A stretch of 64,000 bases of DNA from an uncultured Victivallis sp. (lineage in GTDB: Bacteria; Verrucomicrobiota; Lentisphaeria; Victivallales; Victivallaceae), in the NCBI RefSeq assembly GCF_944391105.1, contig NZ_CALXSK010000012.1, positions 11,414 through 75,413 on the forward strand, in the 5' to 3' direction. The notes beneath the pieces were generated by a model. It saw only the letters and a list, made by a program, of their open reading frames with translations, did not search any database and was not told the origin of the DNA. Made by a program: the position numbers and the translations under genes. Positions 18,539-28,931 of the stretch are shown here, piece after piece (within the stretch, counting starts at the first letter, position 1; the number at the start of each line of letters is the position of its first letter).

Positions 18539-19780
18539 TCAGTCGAAAAGTGAGCTCGCGCAGATGCGCTCCACCGCTTCGACGGTGCGCTCCCGGTCTC
18601 CGAAAGCGGTCAGCCGGAAATATCCCTCTCCGCCCGGGCCGAATCCGACACCGGGGGTTCCGACCACACGGCATCGTTCCAGTAATGTATCAGCAAAACG
18701 CATGGAGTCAAGTCCTCCGGGAAGTTTCCACCAGATATATGGCGCATTTTCTCCGCCGAAGACGGTGTAACCCGCCTGCGAAAGCCCTTCACGGATGATC
18801 CGTGCATTCTCCATGTAATAATCGATCTGTTCGCGGATCTGCGGCTGCCCGGCCTCGGAATAAACCGCCTCAGCCGCCCGCTGAACAATATAGTTAACGC
18901 CGTTGAATTTCGTACACTGCCGCCGATTCCAGAGCGCATTCAGACTCTGGAGCGATCCATCGGAGGCGCGCCCCCGGAGCGCTTCCGGAACAACGGTGAA
19001 CGCACAGCGCACTCCCGTGAAACCCGCCGTTTTGGAGAACGATTTGAATTCGATCGCCACCTCCTTTGCTCCGGGAATTTCGTAGATGCTGTGCGGCAGT
19101 TCCGGATCACGGATGAAGGAGCTGTAAGCGCTGTCAAAGAGGATGATGCTCCCGTTCTCCTTCGCGTAAATGACCCATTTTGCCAGCTCCTCGCGCGGCA
19201 GAACCGTTCCGGTGGGGTTGTTCGGGCTGCAGAGATAGATGAGATCTACCGGCTGTTCCGGCAGCGCCGGGCGGAAACCGTTTTCCGCGGTGGCGGAGAG
19301 ATAGGTGATTCCCTCGAACCGTCCTGTCGCTCCGTCGAGTTCTCCGGAACGCCCGGCCATGACGTTTGTATCGAGATAGACCGGGTAAACGGGGTCTCCG
19401 ATCGCAACGCGGCTGCGGCCGTCGAAAATCTCCTGAATGTTCCCGACATCACATTTGGATCCATCGCTTACGAACACTTCATTTCGTTCAAGTTCAACGC
19501 CGCGCGGCGCATATTCGCCGCGGATGATCGCATCAATCAGGAAGTCGTACCCCTGTTCCGGTCCGTAACCGCGGAAGGTCTCGGGCGAAGCCATCTCGTC
19601 AACCGCGCGGTGCATCGCCTCGATGACGGCGGGGGCGAGCGGACGGGTCACGTCGCCGATTCCGAGCCGGATGATGTCGGCCTCGGGATGGGCGGCTTTA
19701 TAGGCGGCAACCTTCTTCGCCATCGCCGCAAAAAGATAGCTGCCGGGAAGTTTCAGATAATTCGAATTGATTTGCACCAT
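18539..19780 (-). CDS. dapL: LL-diaminopimelate aminotransferase
   Basis: [35 protein letters not shown] and [13 protein letters not shown] (PLP Lys). Confidence 0.95.
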   Translation of the reverse strand: MVQINSNYLKLPGSYLFAAMAKKVAAYKAAHPEADIIRLGIGDVTRPLAPAVIEAMHRAVDEMASPETFRGYGPEQGYDFLIDAIIRGEYAPRGVELERNEVFVSDGSKCDVGNIQEIFDGRSRVAIGDPVYPVYLDTNVMAGRSGELDGATGRFEGITYLSATAENGFRPALPEQPVDLIYLCSPNNPTGTVLPREELAKWVIYAKENGSIILFDSAYSSFIRDPELPHSIYEIPGAKEVAIEFKSFSKTAGFTGVRCAFTVVPEALRGRASDGSLQSLNALWNRRQCTKFNGVNYIVQRAAEAVYSEAGQPQIREQIDYYMENARIIREGLSQAGYTVFGGENAPYIWWKLPGGLDSMRFADTLLERCRVVGTPGVGFGPGGEGYFRLTAFGDRERTVEAVERICASSLFD

Positions 19781-19781
19781 T

Positions 19782-20612
19782 TCAGATCTTCTCCACAAGT
19801 TCTCCCCGGAACACCTCGACGGCGGGGCCGGTCATGTAAACGTGATTGTCCTCTTCGGAATACTCCACCTGAAGTTCGCCGCCGTCGAGCAGAACGGTCA
19901 CGCGCGAATCCGTGCGGCCGGAGAGCCGTCCCGCAACCGCCGTCGCGCAACTGCCGGTCCCGCAGGCGAGCGTGACGCCGCACCCCCGCTCCCAGACCCG
20001 CATCCGCACCATCTGCGGACCGCGGACCTCTGCGAATTCGACATTGATCCGCTCCGGAAATTGCGGATCGCACTCAAACAGCGGCCCCCACTGCTCCAGC
20101 TCGACGGTCCGGATATCAGGAACAAAAATGACCGCGTGCGGATTGCCCATCGAAACGCAGAACGCGGAAAATTCGCGTCCGCCGACATGCAGCTTCACGT
20201 CCCTGGCTTCCGATTCCGGGTTGCCGGTCACGGGGATCTCTCCGCGCCGCAACCGGGGTTCCCCCATGTCGACCCGCACCGTGCCGTTTTCGAGCACTTT
20301 CGGACGGACGATTCCCCCTTTCGTATGGAGTTCAAATTCGTTTCCGTGCGCGAGCATGCGTCGCTTGATGTAGAGACCGACGCAGCGGGTTGCGTTGCCG
20401 CACATCTCCGGTTCGGAGCCGTCGGCGTTGTAGATGCGCATCTCGAACGCATTGCCCGAGAGATGACGGATCGTCACGACGCCGTCTGCTCCGATGCCGA
20501 AATGACGGTCGCAGAGCCGCGCTGCTACACCGCGCATATCGAATGTGGAACTCTTCGGCAGCTCGGTCAGAATGAAATCATTGCCGAGCCCGTGCCACTT
20601 GGAGATTTTCAT
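19782..20612 (-). CDS. dapF: Diaminopimelate epimerase
   Basis: [34 protein letters not shown] and [19 protein letters not shown]. Confidence 0.96.
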   Translation of the reverse strand: MKISKWHGLGNDFILTELPKSSTFDMRGVAARLCDRHFGIGADGVVTIRHLSGNAFEMRIYNADGSEPEMCGNATRCVGLYIKRRMLAHGNEFELHTKGGIVRPKVLENGTVRVDMGEPRLRRGEIPVTGNPESEARDVKLHVGGREFSAFCVSMGNPHAVIFVPDIRTVELEQWGPLFECDPQFPERINVEFAEVRGPQMVRMRVWERGCGVTLACGTGSCATAVAGRLSGRTDSRVTVLLDGGELQVEYSEEDNHVYMTGPAVEVFRGELVEKI

Positions 20613-22003
20613 AACGCACCTCCTGAAAGATAACGCTCCGCCTCCTGTGCGACGCTCCGTCCCGCCGCGATCGCCCGCACCACGAGCGACGCGCCGGAGG
20701 CGCAGTCACCGGCGCAGAAGATTCCACGTTCCGGAGCGGCCTGCACGCGCCCGCGCTCATCGACCTTGAGTCCGAGTTCCGCGGCGACTCCGTCGGCCGG
20801 AACGCCGATGAATCCCATTGCGAGCAACACGAGGTCGGCAGGAATGATCTCTTCCGACCCGGCCACCTCATGGAACCGGAGCGGTTTGCCGAGCGGAGAA
20901 AGTTCCCACTCAACCGTCACGGCCTCAATGCCGGTGACGTGCCCCTCATCATCGGAAAGGAACCGCTTCGATGCGAGATTCCACCGCCGTTCGCCTCCCT
21001 CCTTGTGGCTCGAACTCGTCCGGAGCATATAGGGCCACTGGGGCCACGGGGTCGAGGGGGAGCGGTTCACCGGCGGTTTCGGCATGATCTCGATCTGGAG
21101 GATCGATTCGGCGCCCTGCCGGATCGAGGTGCCGACACAGTCGCTGCCGGTGTCACCGCCGCCGATCACGACCACACGCTTCCCCGTCGCGCAGACCGGA
21201 AGATCCGCGCATTCGCGGCCGATAACGCGATTCTGCCCCTGGAGGAATTCGAGCGCAAAATGGATCCCTGCGGCCTCACGGCCCGGAATTTTCAAGTCGC
21301 GTGCCATCGGCGTGCCGATGGCGAGAACGACCGCGTCATTGCGGCGCGCAAGGTAATCGCCCGAGACGTCGCGCCCGACCTCGGTGTTGAGTTCAAACCG
21401 GATTCCGGCTTCACGCATGAGGTTGATCCGGCGGTCGATGATCTTTTTCGCAAGTTTGAAATCCGGAATGCCATAGCGCAGCAGACCGCCGGGAGAGGCG
21501 TTCTTTTCAAAAACCGTCACCTCGTGTCCCGCGAGATTCAGTGCCGCGGCGACGGCAAGCCCTGCGGGGCCCGCACCGATCACGGCCACGCGGCGGCCCG
21601 TACGTTTTGCCGGAATGAGAGGCTTTACGAAACCACTGCGGAATGCGGTTTCGGTCACGGCCTTCTCCAGCTGCCGGATCATGACCGGCTCGCTGTTGAT
21701 GCCATCCGTGCAGGACCCCTCGCACAAAGCGGGGCAGATCCGGCTGGTGAACTCGGGGAACGAACTCGTCGAGGAGAGGATATCCCACGCTTTCTCCCAG
21801 TTTCCGGCCCCCGCGGCCGCGTTGATCTCGGGGATCACATTGCCGAGCGGGCAGCCGGTTCCGTGGCAGAACGGGATGCCGCAGTTCATGCAGCGTTCCG
21901 CCTGCCCCTTGAGTTCATCGAACGAAAGAGTGCGTTCGACCTCATCAAAATCCCGGCGGCGCAATTCGACCGGGCGGTATATCTCCTGAATTCTCTGATT
22001 CAT
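20609..22003 (-). CDS. gltD: Glutamate synthase small subunit
   Basis: RCMNCGIPFCH, CPLGN, RICPALCEGSC, VAVIGAGPAG and VVIGGGDTGSDC. Confidence 0.95.
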   Translation of the reverse strand: MNQRIQEIYRPVELRRRDFDEVERTLSFDELKGQAERCMNCGIPFCHGTGCPLGNVIPEINAAAGAGNWEKAWDILSSTSSFPEFTSRICPALCEGSCTDGINSEPVMIRQLEKAVTETAFRSGFVKPLIPAKRTGRRVAVIGAGPAGLAVAAALNLAGHEVTVFEKNASPGGLLRYGIPDFKLAKKIIDRRINLMREAGIRFELNTEVGRDVSGDYLARRNDAVVLAIGTPMARDLKIPGREAAGIHFALEFLQGQNRVIGRECADLPVCATGKRVVVIGGGDTGSDCVGTSIRQGAESILQIEIMPKPPVNRSPSTPWPQWPYMLRTSSSHKEGGERRWNLASKRFLSDDEGHVTGIEAVTVEWELSPLGKPLRFHEVAGSEEIIPADLVLLAMGFIGVPADGVAAELGLKVDERGRVQAAPERGIFCAGDCASGASLVVRAIAAGRSVAQEAERYLSGGAL

Positions 22004-22031
22004 TGTCGTATCTCCTTACAGATTCCGCACT

Positions 22032-25000
22032 TCAATTGTCTTCCTTGCGGCGGTCGACCGCCTCGGCGTCCTCGCGTGCCATGCGTCCGAGCGCCTGGCG
22101 ATATTCCACCGGGAACACCTTTACGAACATCGGACGGGTGTTGACCCAGTCCGCGAGAACGGCGGCGGCCTTTTCGCTGCCGGTCGCGGCGGCATGTTCG
22201 CGCAGAAGTCCGAGCAGTTCGGCTTCGTCCTCGCTGCCGGGCTCGACCGTCTCGAGGTCGACGCTCCCGACGTTGCAACGCAGATCGAAGTCGCCCGACT
22301 CGTCATACACATATGCGATGCCGCCGGTCATGCCGGCCGCAAAGTTCACGCCGGTCGAACCGAGCACGACCACGCGCCCGCCGGTCATGTATTCGCAGCC
22401 GTGGTCGCCGACCCCTTCGGTGACGAGCGTCGCGCCGGAGTTGCGGATGGCGAACCGTTCGCCCGCCTGCCCCGCGAGGAAGATCTTCCCCGAGGTGGCG
22501 CCGTAACCGATCACGTTGCCGGCGATGACGTTGTCTGCCGCGCAGAACCGTGCCTCCGGAGCGGGACGGATCACAATGCAGCCGCCCGAAAGCCCTTTGC
22601 CGACGAAGTCGTTCGCCTCGCCTGCGAGTTCGAACGTGATGCCCGGCGCGAGAAATGCGCCGAAGCTCTGCCCCGCGCAACCAGTAAAGTGCACGCGGAT
22701 CGTCCCTTCCGGCAAACCATTCTCCCCGAAACGCTCCGTCACCTCGCCCGAAAGTTCCGTTCCGGCGGTGCGGTCGACGTTGCGGATCACGCACTCGAGT
22801 TCAGCGGGCTTGCCGCTCTTGAGACTTGCTGCGAGCTTCGGCAGAAGTTCGCGCCGGTCGAAGTTTACGAGCGGCTCGTGCGGGGCAGCCGCATCAAAGC
22901 GGATCGCAGCCCCGGCCGCCGGACGAAGCAGATTCGAGAAGTCGAGATTGCGCGCCTTGTAGAAGTCGATCGCGCGATTCATCTCAAGCAGGTCGCTGCG
23001 GCCGCATGCCTCGTCGAGACTGTGCAGTCCGAGGCGAGCGAGGTGTTCGCGCACCTCTTCGGCGATGAAGCGCAGGAAGTTGATGATATACTCCGGCTTG
23101 CCGGCGAAGCGCTTGCGCAGTTCCGGATCCTGGGTCGCGACGCCGACCGGGCAGGAGTTCTCATGGCATTTGCGCATCATCACACAGCCGAGACAGACAA
23201 GTACGGTCGTGGCGAATCCGAACTCCTCAGCGCCGAGCAGCGCGCCGATCACGACGTCGCGCCCGGTCTTGAGCTGGCCGTCGACCTGCACCTTCACACG
23301 ATTGCGCAAGTTGTTCAACACAAGGGTTTGCTGAGTTTCCGCAAGGCCGAGTTCCCACGGCAGTCCCGCATGCTTGATGCTGGTCAACGGCGAAGCGCCG
23401 GTCCCGCCGTCATGCCCGGCGACGAGCACCACGTCGGCATGCGCCTTGGCGACACCGGCGGCGATGGTTCCGACGCCGACTTCCGAAACAAGCTTGACCG
23501 AGACGCGCGCCTTCGGATTCGCGTTCCGCAGATCGTAGATGAGCTGCGCGAGATCCTCGATCGAATAGATGTCATGGTGCGGCGGCGGCGAGATCAGCGT
23601 CACATTCGGCATCGAATGGCGCAGTTTCGCAATGAAGCGGTCGACTTTGTGGCCGGGGAGCTGCCCCCCCTCGCCCGGCTTCGCGCCCTGCGCCATTTTG
23701 ATCTGGAGATCCTTCGCGTGGCGCAGATAGTCGATGGTCACGCCGAAACGGCCCGATGCGATCTGCTTGATCGCGCTCATCTTGCTGTCGCCTTCCGGAG
23801 TCGGCACGTAACGGGAGGAGTCTTCACCGCCCTCGCCGCAGTTGCTCATGCCGCCGAGCCGGTTCATGGCGATCGCAATGGTCTCATGCGCTTCCGGGCT
23901 GAGCGACCCGAGCGACATCGCACCGGAGACGAACCGTTTCACGATCGAGTCGACACTCTCGACCTCCTCGATCGGAATGCTCCTGGTCTCGACAAATCCG
24001 AAGAGGCCGCGCAATGTGCAGAGATGTCCGGCCTGGTCATCGATGAGTTTCGAATACTCCTTGAACTTCGCGTAGTCGCCGGTCTGCACCGCCTGGCGGA
24101 AGGCCGCGAGCGAAGCGGGGGTCCAGAGATGCTGTTCCCCGTCCTTGCGGAACCGGTAGGAGCCGCCGTCCGGCAGGAGCGGGCTTTCCTGCTGCGCGGC
24201 TGCGCGGCGGGTGTTCGCTTCTTCGGCGATTTCGGCAAGTCCGATGCCGCCGATGCGGCTGGCGGTTCCGGGCAGATATTCGTCGATGAGTTCACGCGAG
24301 AGCCCCACCGCCTCAAACACCTGGCCGGAACGATAGCTGCGCAGCGTAGAAATCCCCATCTTGGACATGACCTTCAAAAGGCCCTTGTCAACCGCATTGA
24401 TGTAATTTGTCGCCGCGGTCACCGGGTCGACGGAAACCGCGCCGGAACGGGCGAGCCCGGTCACGGTTTCGAGCGCGAGGTACGGATTCACCGCCGTCGC
24501 GCCGTAGCCGATCAGCAGTGCGAAGTGCATGATCTCGCGCACTTCACCGGACTCGACCACAACGCCGGTCTCGGGGCGAAGTCCCGCCGCCGAGAGTGCG
24601 CGGTTCACGGCAGCCGTCGCAAGCAGCGACGGAATCGGCGTCGTGCCGGGGGACGGATTCCGGTCCGAAAGGATCAGAATCCGGCAGTTCTCACGCACGG
24701 CGGCAATCGCGTCGGTGGCAAGCCGCTTCAAGGCCTTGTCGAGCTGTCGCCCGTCCCCGCCGGCCGGGAATTCCATCGGCAGTGTCTTTGACCGGAAATC
24801 GTTCGCTCCGATGTGGCGCAGCCGGGAAAGTTCATCGTCGGTCAGCACGGGACGTTGAAGTTTCACAAGCCGCGCATGCAGCGGAGTTTCTGCGAGGATA
24901 TTTCCCTTGTTTCCGATGTAGGTGAGCAGACTCATGACCAGCTCTTCGCGGATCGGGTCGATCGGCGGATTCGTCACCTGAGCAAAAAGCTGCTTGAAAT

Positions 25001-26522
25001 AATTGAAGAGCAGCTGCGGCTTCGTCGAGAGCACGGCGAGCGCCGCATCGTTGCCCATCGAGCCGACCGGTTCGTGACCGGTCGCGGCCATCGGGCCGAT
25101 CAGCATCTCGACATCTTCACGGGTGTAGCCGAAGAGCTTCTGCATATAGAGCAGATTGCCGGGAACCTCCGCAGGAGTGATTTCCGAAAAGAGTCCATGA
25201 ACCGGAATCTTGTTCTCCTCAACCCAGCGGCGATAGGGCTTCTGCCGCGCGACGCGGTTCTTGATTTCGCGGTCGGAGAGCAGCCGATGGTGTTCGAGAT
25301 CGAGATAGATCATCTCGCCCGGACGCAACCGCCCCTTGCGCACAACCTCGGCCGGATCGAGATCGAGCACGCCGGTTTCCGAAGCGAGAACAAAAAGTCC
25401 GTCCCGGCAGAGTGTGTAGCGGGCGGGGCGCAGTCCGTTTCGATCGAGGATCGCACAGGCGTTCACACCATCGCTCGCAGCGACCGCGGCGGGGCCGTCC
25501 CACGGCTCCATCAGAGCGGAGTGATATTCGAAGAATCCGCGCACGTCGCGTCCGAGATGGTAATTCTTGCCCCACGCCTGCGGCATGAGCATCAAAAGCG
25601 CGTGCGCAAGGTCACGACCCGCAGCCACGAGCAGTTCGAACATGTTGTCGAGCGAAGCCGAGTCGCTCTGCCCGGGCGCCACGAGCGGCAGGAGCTTGGC
25701 CATGTCGTCACCGAAGAGCTCCGAGGCGAGAAACGGCTCGCGGGCGCGCAGACTGTTCAAATTTCCGCGCAGAGTATTGATTTCTCCGTTGTGCGCGAGA
25801 TAGCGGAACGGGTGCGCGAGATTCCAGGTGGGAAACGTGTTCGTGCTGTACCGTTGATGCACAAGTGCGAGCGGCGACTGGAAGTCCGGGTCGCCGAGAT
25901 CGGGATAGAACGCCTCCAGCTGCGTCGCGAGCAGCAATCCCTTGTAGACGATGCTGCGGCTGGACATGCTGCAGATATACGCTTCGGGGATGGACTTCTC
26001 GATGAGACGCCGCATGACGAAGAGCTTGCGTTCGAACGCGGCGCGATCGGGATAATTTGCGCCGCCGATGAAGAGCTGACGGATCTCCGGACAGCTTTCG
26101 CGCGCTGCGCGACCGATCCGGTCAGGAACGGTCGGAACCTCGCGCCAGCAGAGGATTTCACCGCCCTCCCCCTTGACGATCGACTCGATTTCCGCCTCGT
26201 GCCCGGTTCCGCCGAAGATCATCGCGACACCGTAAGCGCCAGGTTCCGGAAGATTCGGAACCGTCTTGCGGAAAAACTTGTCCGGCATCGACAGAAGCAG
26301 CCCGGCGCCGTCACCGGTGTTCGGATCACCGCCGGAAGCGCCACGGTGCATGAGCCGCTTCAGCACGGTCAGACCCATTGTTACAATTTTGTGAGACGGC
26401 ACATTGTTGAGGTCGGCTACCATGCCGACACCGCATGCGTCATGTTCGTTGGCGAAGCGGTAGAGGCCGTTCTCCGCCACGGGAGGGCGGTCAAACCGCC
26501 GTTGCTGTCGTTGCTTTTCCAT
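22032..26522 (-). CDS. gltB: Glutamate synthase large subunit
   Basis: EHDACGVG (Ntn Cys), HQRYSTNT, HNGEINT, IKMAQGAKPGEGGQLPG, CVMMRKCHENSCPVGVATQ and GCEYMTGG. Confidence 0.97.
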   Translation of the reverse strand: MEKQRQQRRFDRPPVAENGLYRFANEHDACGVGMVADLNNVPSHKIVTMGLTVLKRLMHRGASGGDPNTGDGAGLLLSMPDKFFRKTVPNLPEPGAYGVAMIFGGTGHEAEIESIVKGEGGEILCWREVPTVPDRIGRAARESCPEIRQLFIGGANYPDRAAFERKLFVMRRLIEKSIPEAYICSMSSRSIVYKGLLLATQLEAFYPDLGDPDFQSPLALVHQRYSTNTFPTWNLAHPFRYLAHNGEINTLRGNLNSLRAREPFLASELFGDDMAKLLPLVAPGQSDSASLDNMFELLVAAGRDLAHALLMLMPQAWGKNYHLGRDVRGFFEYHSALMEPWDGPAAVAASDGVNACAILDRNGLRPARYTLCRDGLFVLASETGVLDLDPAEVVRKGRLRPGEMIYLDLEHHRLLSDREIKNRVARQKPYRRWVEENKIPVHGLFSEITPAEVPGNLLYMQKLFGYTREDVEMLIGPMAATGHEPVGSMGNDAALAVLSTKPQLLFNYFKQLFAQVTNPPIDPIREELVMSLLTYIGNKGNILAETPLHARLVKLQRPVLTDDELSRLRHIGANDFRSKTLPMEFPAGGDGRQLDKALKRLATDAIAAVRENCRILILSDRNPSPGTTPIPSLLATAAVNRALSAAGLRPETGVVVESGEVREIMHFALLIGYGATAVNPYLALETVTGLARSGAVSVDPVTAATNYINAVDKGLLKVMSKMGISTLRSYRSGQVFEAVGLSRELIDEYLPGTASRIGGIGLAEIAEEANTRRAAAQQESPLLPDGGSYRFRKDGEQHLWTPASLAAFRQAVQTGDYAKFKEYSKLIDDQAGHLCTLRGLFGFVETRSIPIEEVESVDSIVKRFVSGAMSLGSLSPEAHETIAIAMNRLGGMSNCGEGGEDSSRYVPTPEGDSKMSAIKQIASGRFGVTIDYLRHAKDLQIKMAQGAKPGEGGQLPGHKVDRFIAKLRHSMPNVTLISPPPHHDIYSIEDLAQLIYDLRNANPKARVSVKLVSEVGVGTIAAGVAKAHADVVLVAGHDGGTGASPLTSIKHAGLPWELGLAETQQTLVLNNLRNRVKVQVDGQLKTGRDVVIGALLGAEEFGFATTVLVCLGCVMMRKCHENSCPVGVATQDPELRKRFAGKPEYIINFLRFIAEEVREHLARLGLHSLDEACGRSDLLEMNRAIDFYKARNLDFSNLLRPAAGAAIRFDAAAPHEPLVNFDRRELLPKLAASLKSGKPAELECVIRNVDRTAGTELSGEVTERFGENGLPEGTIRVHFTGCAGQSFGAFLAPGITFELAGEANDFVGKGLSGGCIVIRPAPEARFCAADNVIAGNVIGYGATSGKIFLAGQAGERFAIRNSGATLVTEGVGDHGCEYMTGGRVVVLGSTGVNFAAGMTGGIAYVYDESGDFDLRCNVGSVDLETVEPGSEDEAELLGLLREHAAATGSEKAAAVLADWVNTRPMFVKVFPVEYRQALGRMAREDAEAVDRRKEDN

Positions 26523-26569
26523 AAAATTCAGTGCTCCTTTCTGAATTGTTAATTTTTTTAAAGGATATA

Positions 26570-26585
26570 AGCAATTATCGTGCCA
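26570..26585 (-). promoter_or_regulatory. sigma54 -24/-12 promoter of the gltB operon
   Basis: Minus strand reads TGGCACGATAATTGCT, a full match to TGGCACG-N4-TTGCW; AAAGGAG RBS downstream. Confidence 0.9.
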
Positions 26586-26629
26586 GCTCTGTTATGAGCG
26601 GAGAACGGGCCTTTCTGTACCGCCATATC

Positions 26630-26673
26630 TTACAAAAATGTAAAATCCCGCCATGACTCTTACATTTTTGTAA
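26630..26673. promoter_or_regulatory. Two TTACA-N4-TGTAA palindromes (30-bp period): shared enhancer of the divergent gltB and glnA promoters
   Basis: ttacaaaaatgtaa (26630-26643) and ttacatttttgtaa (26660-26673) are exact reverse complements of each other, centred between the two sigma54 promoters. Confidence 0.8.
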
Positions 26674-26717
26674 AACATTATCGGAAGAAACGGCCCCCTT
26701 TGTGCTCAAAACAAAGT

Positions 26718-26733
26718 TGGCACGCAATCTGCT
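26718..26733 (+). promoter_or_regulatory. sigma54 -24/-12 promoter of the glnA operon
   Basis: TGGCACGCAATCTGCT, GG-N10-GC; AGGAGG RBS before ATG 26781. Confidence 0.87.
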
Positions 26734-26780
26734 GGACATGAAGCAGCAAAAATCCCAACCGAACCACAGGAGGAAGCATC

Positions 26781-28913
26781 ATGAGCAATCTGAACCGAAT
26801 GAAGGCCGTTGACGCGGTGGCGGAACTCCGCGGAGGCGAACCGATGCCGGCCAAGCCGGTCAATCTCGACTGCTATGCCGAGGACGTGTTCAACATCGAC
26901 TGCATGCGGGAATATCTCTCGAAGTCCGTCTGCGAAAAGCTGCTCGCGACGATCACCAAGGGCGAACCGCTCGACCCGGACATCGCCGGCGACGTCGCCC
27001 ACGCGATGAAGCACTGGGCGCTGGAACGCGGCGCGACCCACTACACGCACTGGTTCCAGCCGCTGACCGGCTCCACCGCCGAGAAGCACGACGCGTTCCT
27101 CGAACCGGACGGAGCGAAGGCGATCATGAGCTTCTCCGGAAAAAACCTCATTGTCGGCGAGCCCGATGCGTCGAGCTTCCCATCCGGCGGGCTGCGCTCC
27201 ACCTTCGAGGCGCGCGGTTATACGGCCTGGGACCCGACCAGCCCGGCTTTCATCAAACGTCATGCGAACGGCGCGACGCTCTGCATTCCGACCGCGTTCT
27301 GCAGTTACACCGGCGAGGCGCTCGACAAGAAGACTCCGCTGCTGCGCTCCATGCAGGCTCTCTCAGTCTCCACAAAACGACTGATGAAGTGCTTCGGACT
27401 GCCCGAGGAGCGGGTCACGATCACGCTTGGACCTGAACAGGAGTACTTCCTCGTGGACAAGCACTTCTATTTGCAGCGCCCCGACCTCGTCCAGACCGGG
27501 CGCACCGTCTTCGGCGCGCCGCCGCCGAAACATCAGCAGCTGGAAGACCACTACTTCGGCTCCATCAAGAACCGCATTCTCTCGTTCATGACCGAGGTCG
27601 AGCAGGAGCTCTGGAAACTCGGAATTCCGGCCAAGACCCGTCACAACGAGGTTGCGCCCGCCCAGTTCGAGCTCGCGCCGATGTTCGAGGAGCTGAATCT
27701 CGCCTGCGACCACAACATGCTCGTCATGGAAGTGCTCCGCCAGGTTGCCGACCGCAACGGACTGGTCTGCCTGCTGCATGAAAAGCCGTTCGCAGGAATC
27801 AACGGCTCCGGCAAGCACAACAACTGGTCGGTCGCCTACGGCAAGCGCAATCTGCTCAATCCGGGTACGGATCCGCATCAGAACGCGATCTTCCTGACCG
27901 TGCTTACGGCGATCATCGAAGCGGTCGACATGCACGGAGATCTGCTGCGGGCCTCCGTCACCGGCGCGGGCAACGACCACCGGCTCGGAGCGAACGAAGC
28001 GCCCCCGGCGATCATCTCGATGTATCTCGGCGACCAGCTCGCGGATGTGATCGACCAGCTCGAAAAGGGAACCCCCACGTCGAGCCGCCATCCTGGCGCG
28101 ATGCGAATCGGAGCGGACACGCTCCCGCCGCTGCCGCGCGATGCGACCGATCGCAACCGGACCAGCCCCTTCGCCTTCACCGGCAACAAGTTCGAATTCC
28201 GGGCCCCGGGTTCGAGCCAGTCCTGCTCCGGTCCGAACACGATCCTCAACACGATCGTTGCCGAGGCGTTCGACCGCATGAGCGATGTGCTTGAGAAACT
28301 CAGCAAGGAAGAGTTTCACGCCGGGCTTCAGAAGCATCTGCAGCAGGTCATCAAGGCGCACAAGCGGATCATCTTCAACGGCGACGGCTACACCGAAGAG
28401 TGGCTCAAGGAGGCCGAAAAGCGCGGTCTGCCGAATGCCCGGACCACGATGGAGGCGCTGCGCTGCCTGACCGCTCCGGCGAACGTCGCGATGCTCGAAA
28501 AGTACGGCGTCTACAACCGCCGCGAACTCGAATCGCGGTTTGAGGTCTTCCTTGAGGAGTACCATCGCCGGATCCGCATCGAAGGTGAGATCGCGCTTGA
28601 GATCGCGACCAGCATGATCACGCCGGTCGTCACCGCTGAATACGGCAAAGTCGCGAAATCCCTCGCCGCGGCAAAAGAGGCCGGACTCACTGCCGGACTC
28701 GCTGCGATGGAGAGCTCCGCAGCCGCCCTCGGCGCCGGACTCGACGATCTCGCGCAGAAGTGTGCGGAACTCAAGACCGCTCTCGGCGGACTCCATGAAG
28801 AGATCCTCGAAGCGATGGCGAATTTGCGCGGAACGGTCGACTCGCTCGAACGGCTCGTCGCCGATGAGTGCTGGCCGCTGCCGAAGTACCGCGAAATGCT
28901 CTTCGTCTACTAA
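26781..28913 (+). CDS. glnA: Glutamine synthetase type III
   Basis: 710 aa; GATHYTHWFQPLTG, EPDASSFPSGG, HNEVAPAQFE, HEKPFAGINGSGKH, DRNRTSPFAFTGNKFEFRA. Confidence 0.96.
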   Translation: MSNLNRMKAVDAVAELRGGEPMPAKPVNLDCYAEDVFNIDCMREYLSKSVCEKLLATITKGEPLDPDIAGDVAHAMKHWALERGATHYTHWFQPLTGSTAEKHDAFLEPDGAKAIMSFSGKNLIVGEPDASSFPSGGLRSTFEARGYTAWDPTSPAFIKRHANGATLCIPTAFCSYTGEALDKKTPLLRSMQALSVSTKRLMKCFGLPEERVTITLGPEQEYFLVDKHFYLQRPDLVQTGRTVFGAPPPKHQQLEDHYFGSIKNRILSFMTEVEQELWKLGIPAKTRHNEVAPAQFELAPMFEELNLACDHNMLVMEVLRQVADRNGLVCLLHEKPFAGINGSGKHNNWSVAYGKRNLLNPGTDPHQNAIFLTVLTAIIEAVDMHGDLLRASVTGAGNDHRLGANEAPPAIISMYLGDQLADVIDQLEKGTPTSSRHPGAMRIGADTLPPLPRDATDRNRTSPFAFTGNKFEFRAPGSSQSCSGPNTILNTIVAEAFDRMSDVLEKLSKEEFHAGLQKHLQQVIKAHKRIIFNGDGYTEEWLKEAEKRGLPNARTTMEALRCLTAPANVAMLEKYGVYNRRELESRFEVFLEEYHRRIRIEGEIALEIATSMITPVVTAEYGKVAKSLAAAKEAGLTAGLAAMESSAAALGAGLDDLAQKCAELKTALGGLHEEILEAMANLRGTVDSLERLVADECWPLPKYREMLFVY

Positions 28914-28931
28914 AAAGAAAGGAGTGGCGGC

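Noticed and set aside
26621-26677. CRISPR-like 30-bp periodic repeats (also 5114-5153)
   Set aside because: Only two short units at each site, no spacers of CRISPR size and no cas genes
26610-26690. Canonical NifA TGT-N10-ACA site
   Set aside because: TGT/ACA spacings I checked are 13, 20 and 3 nt, not 10
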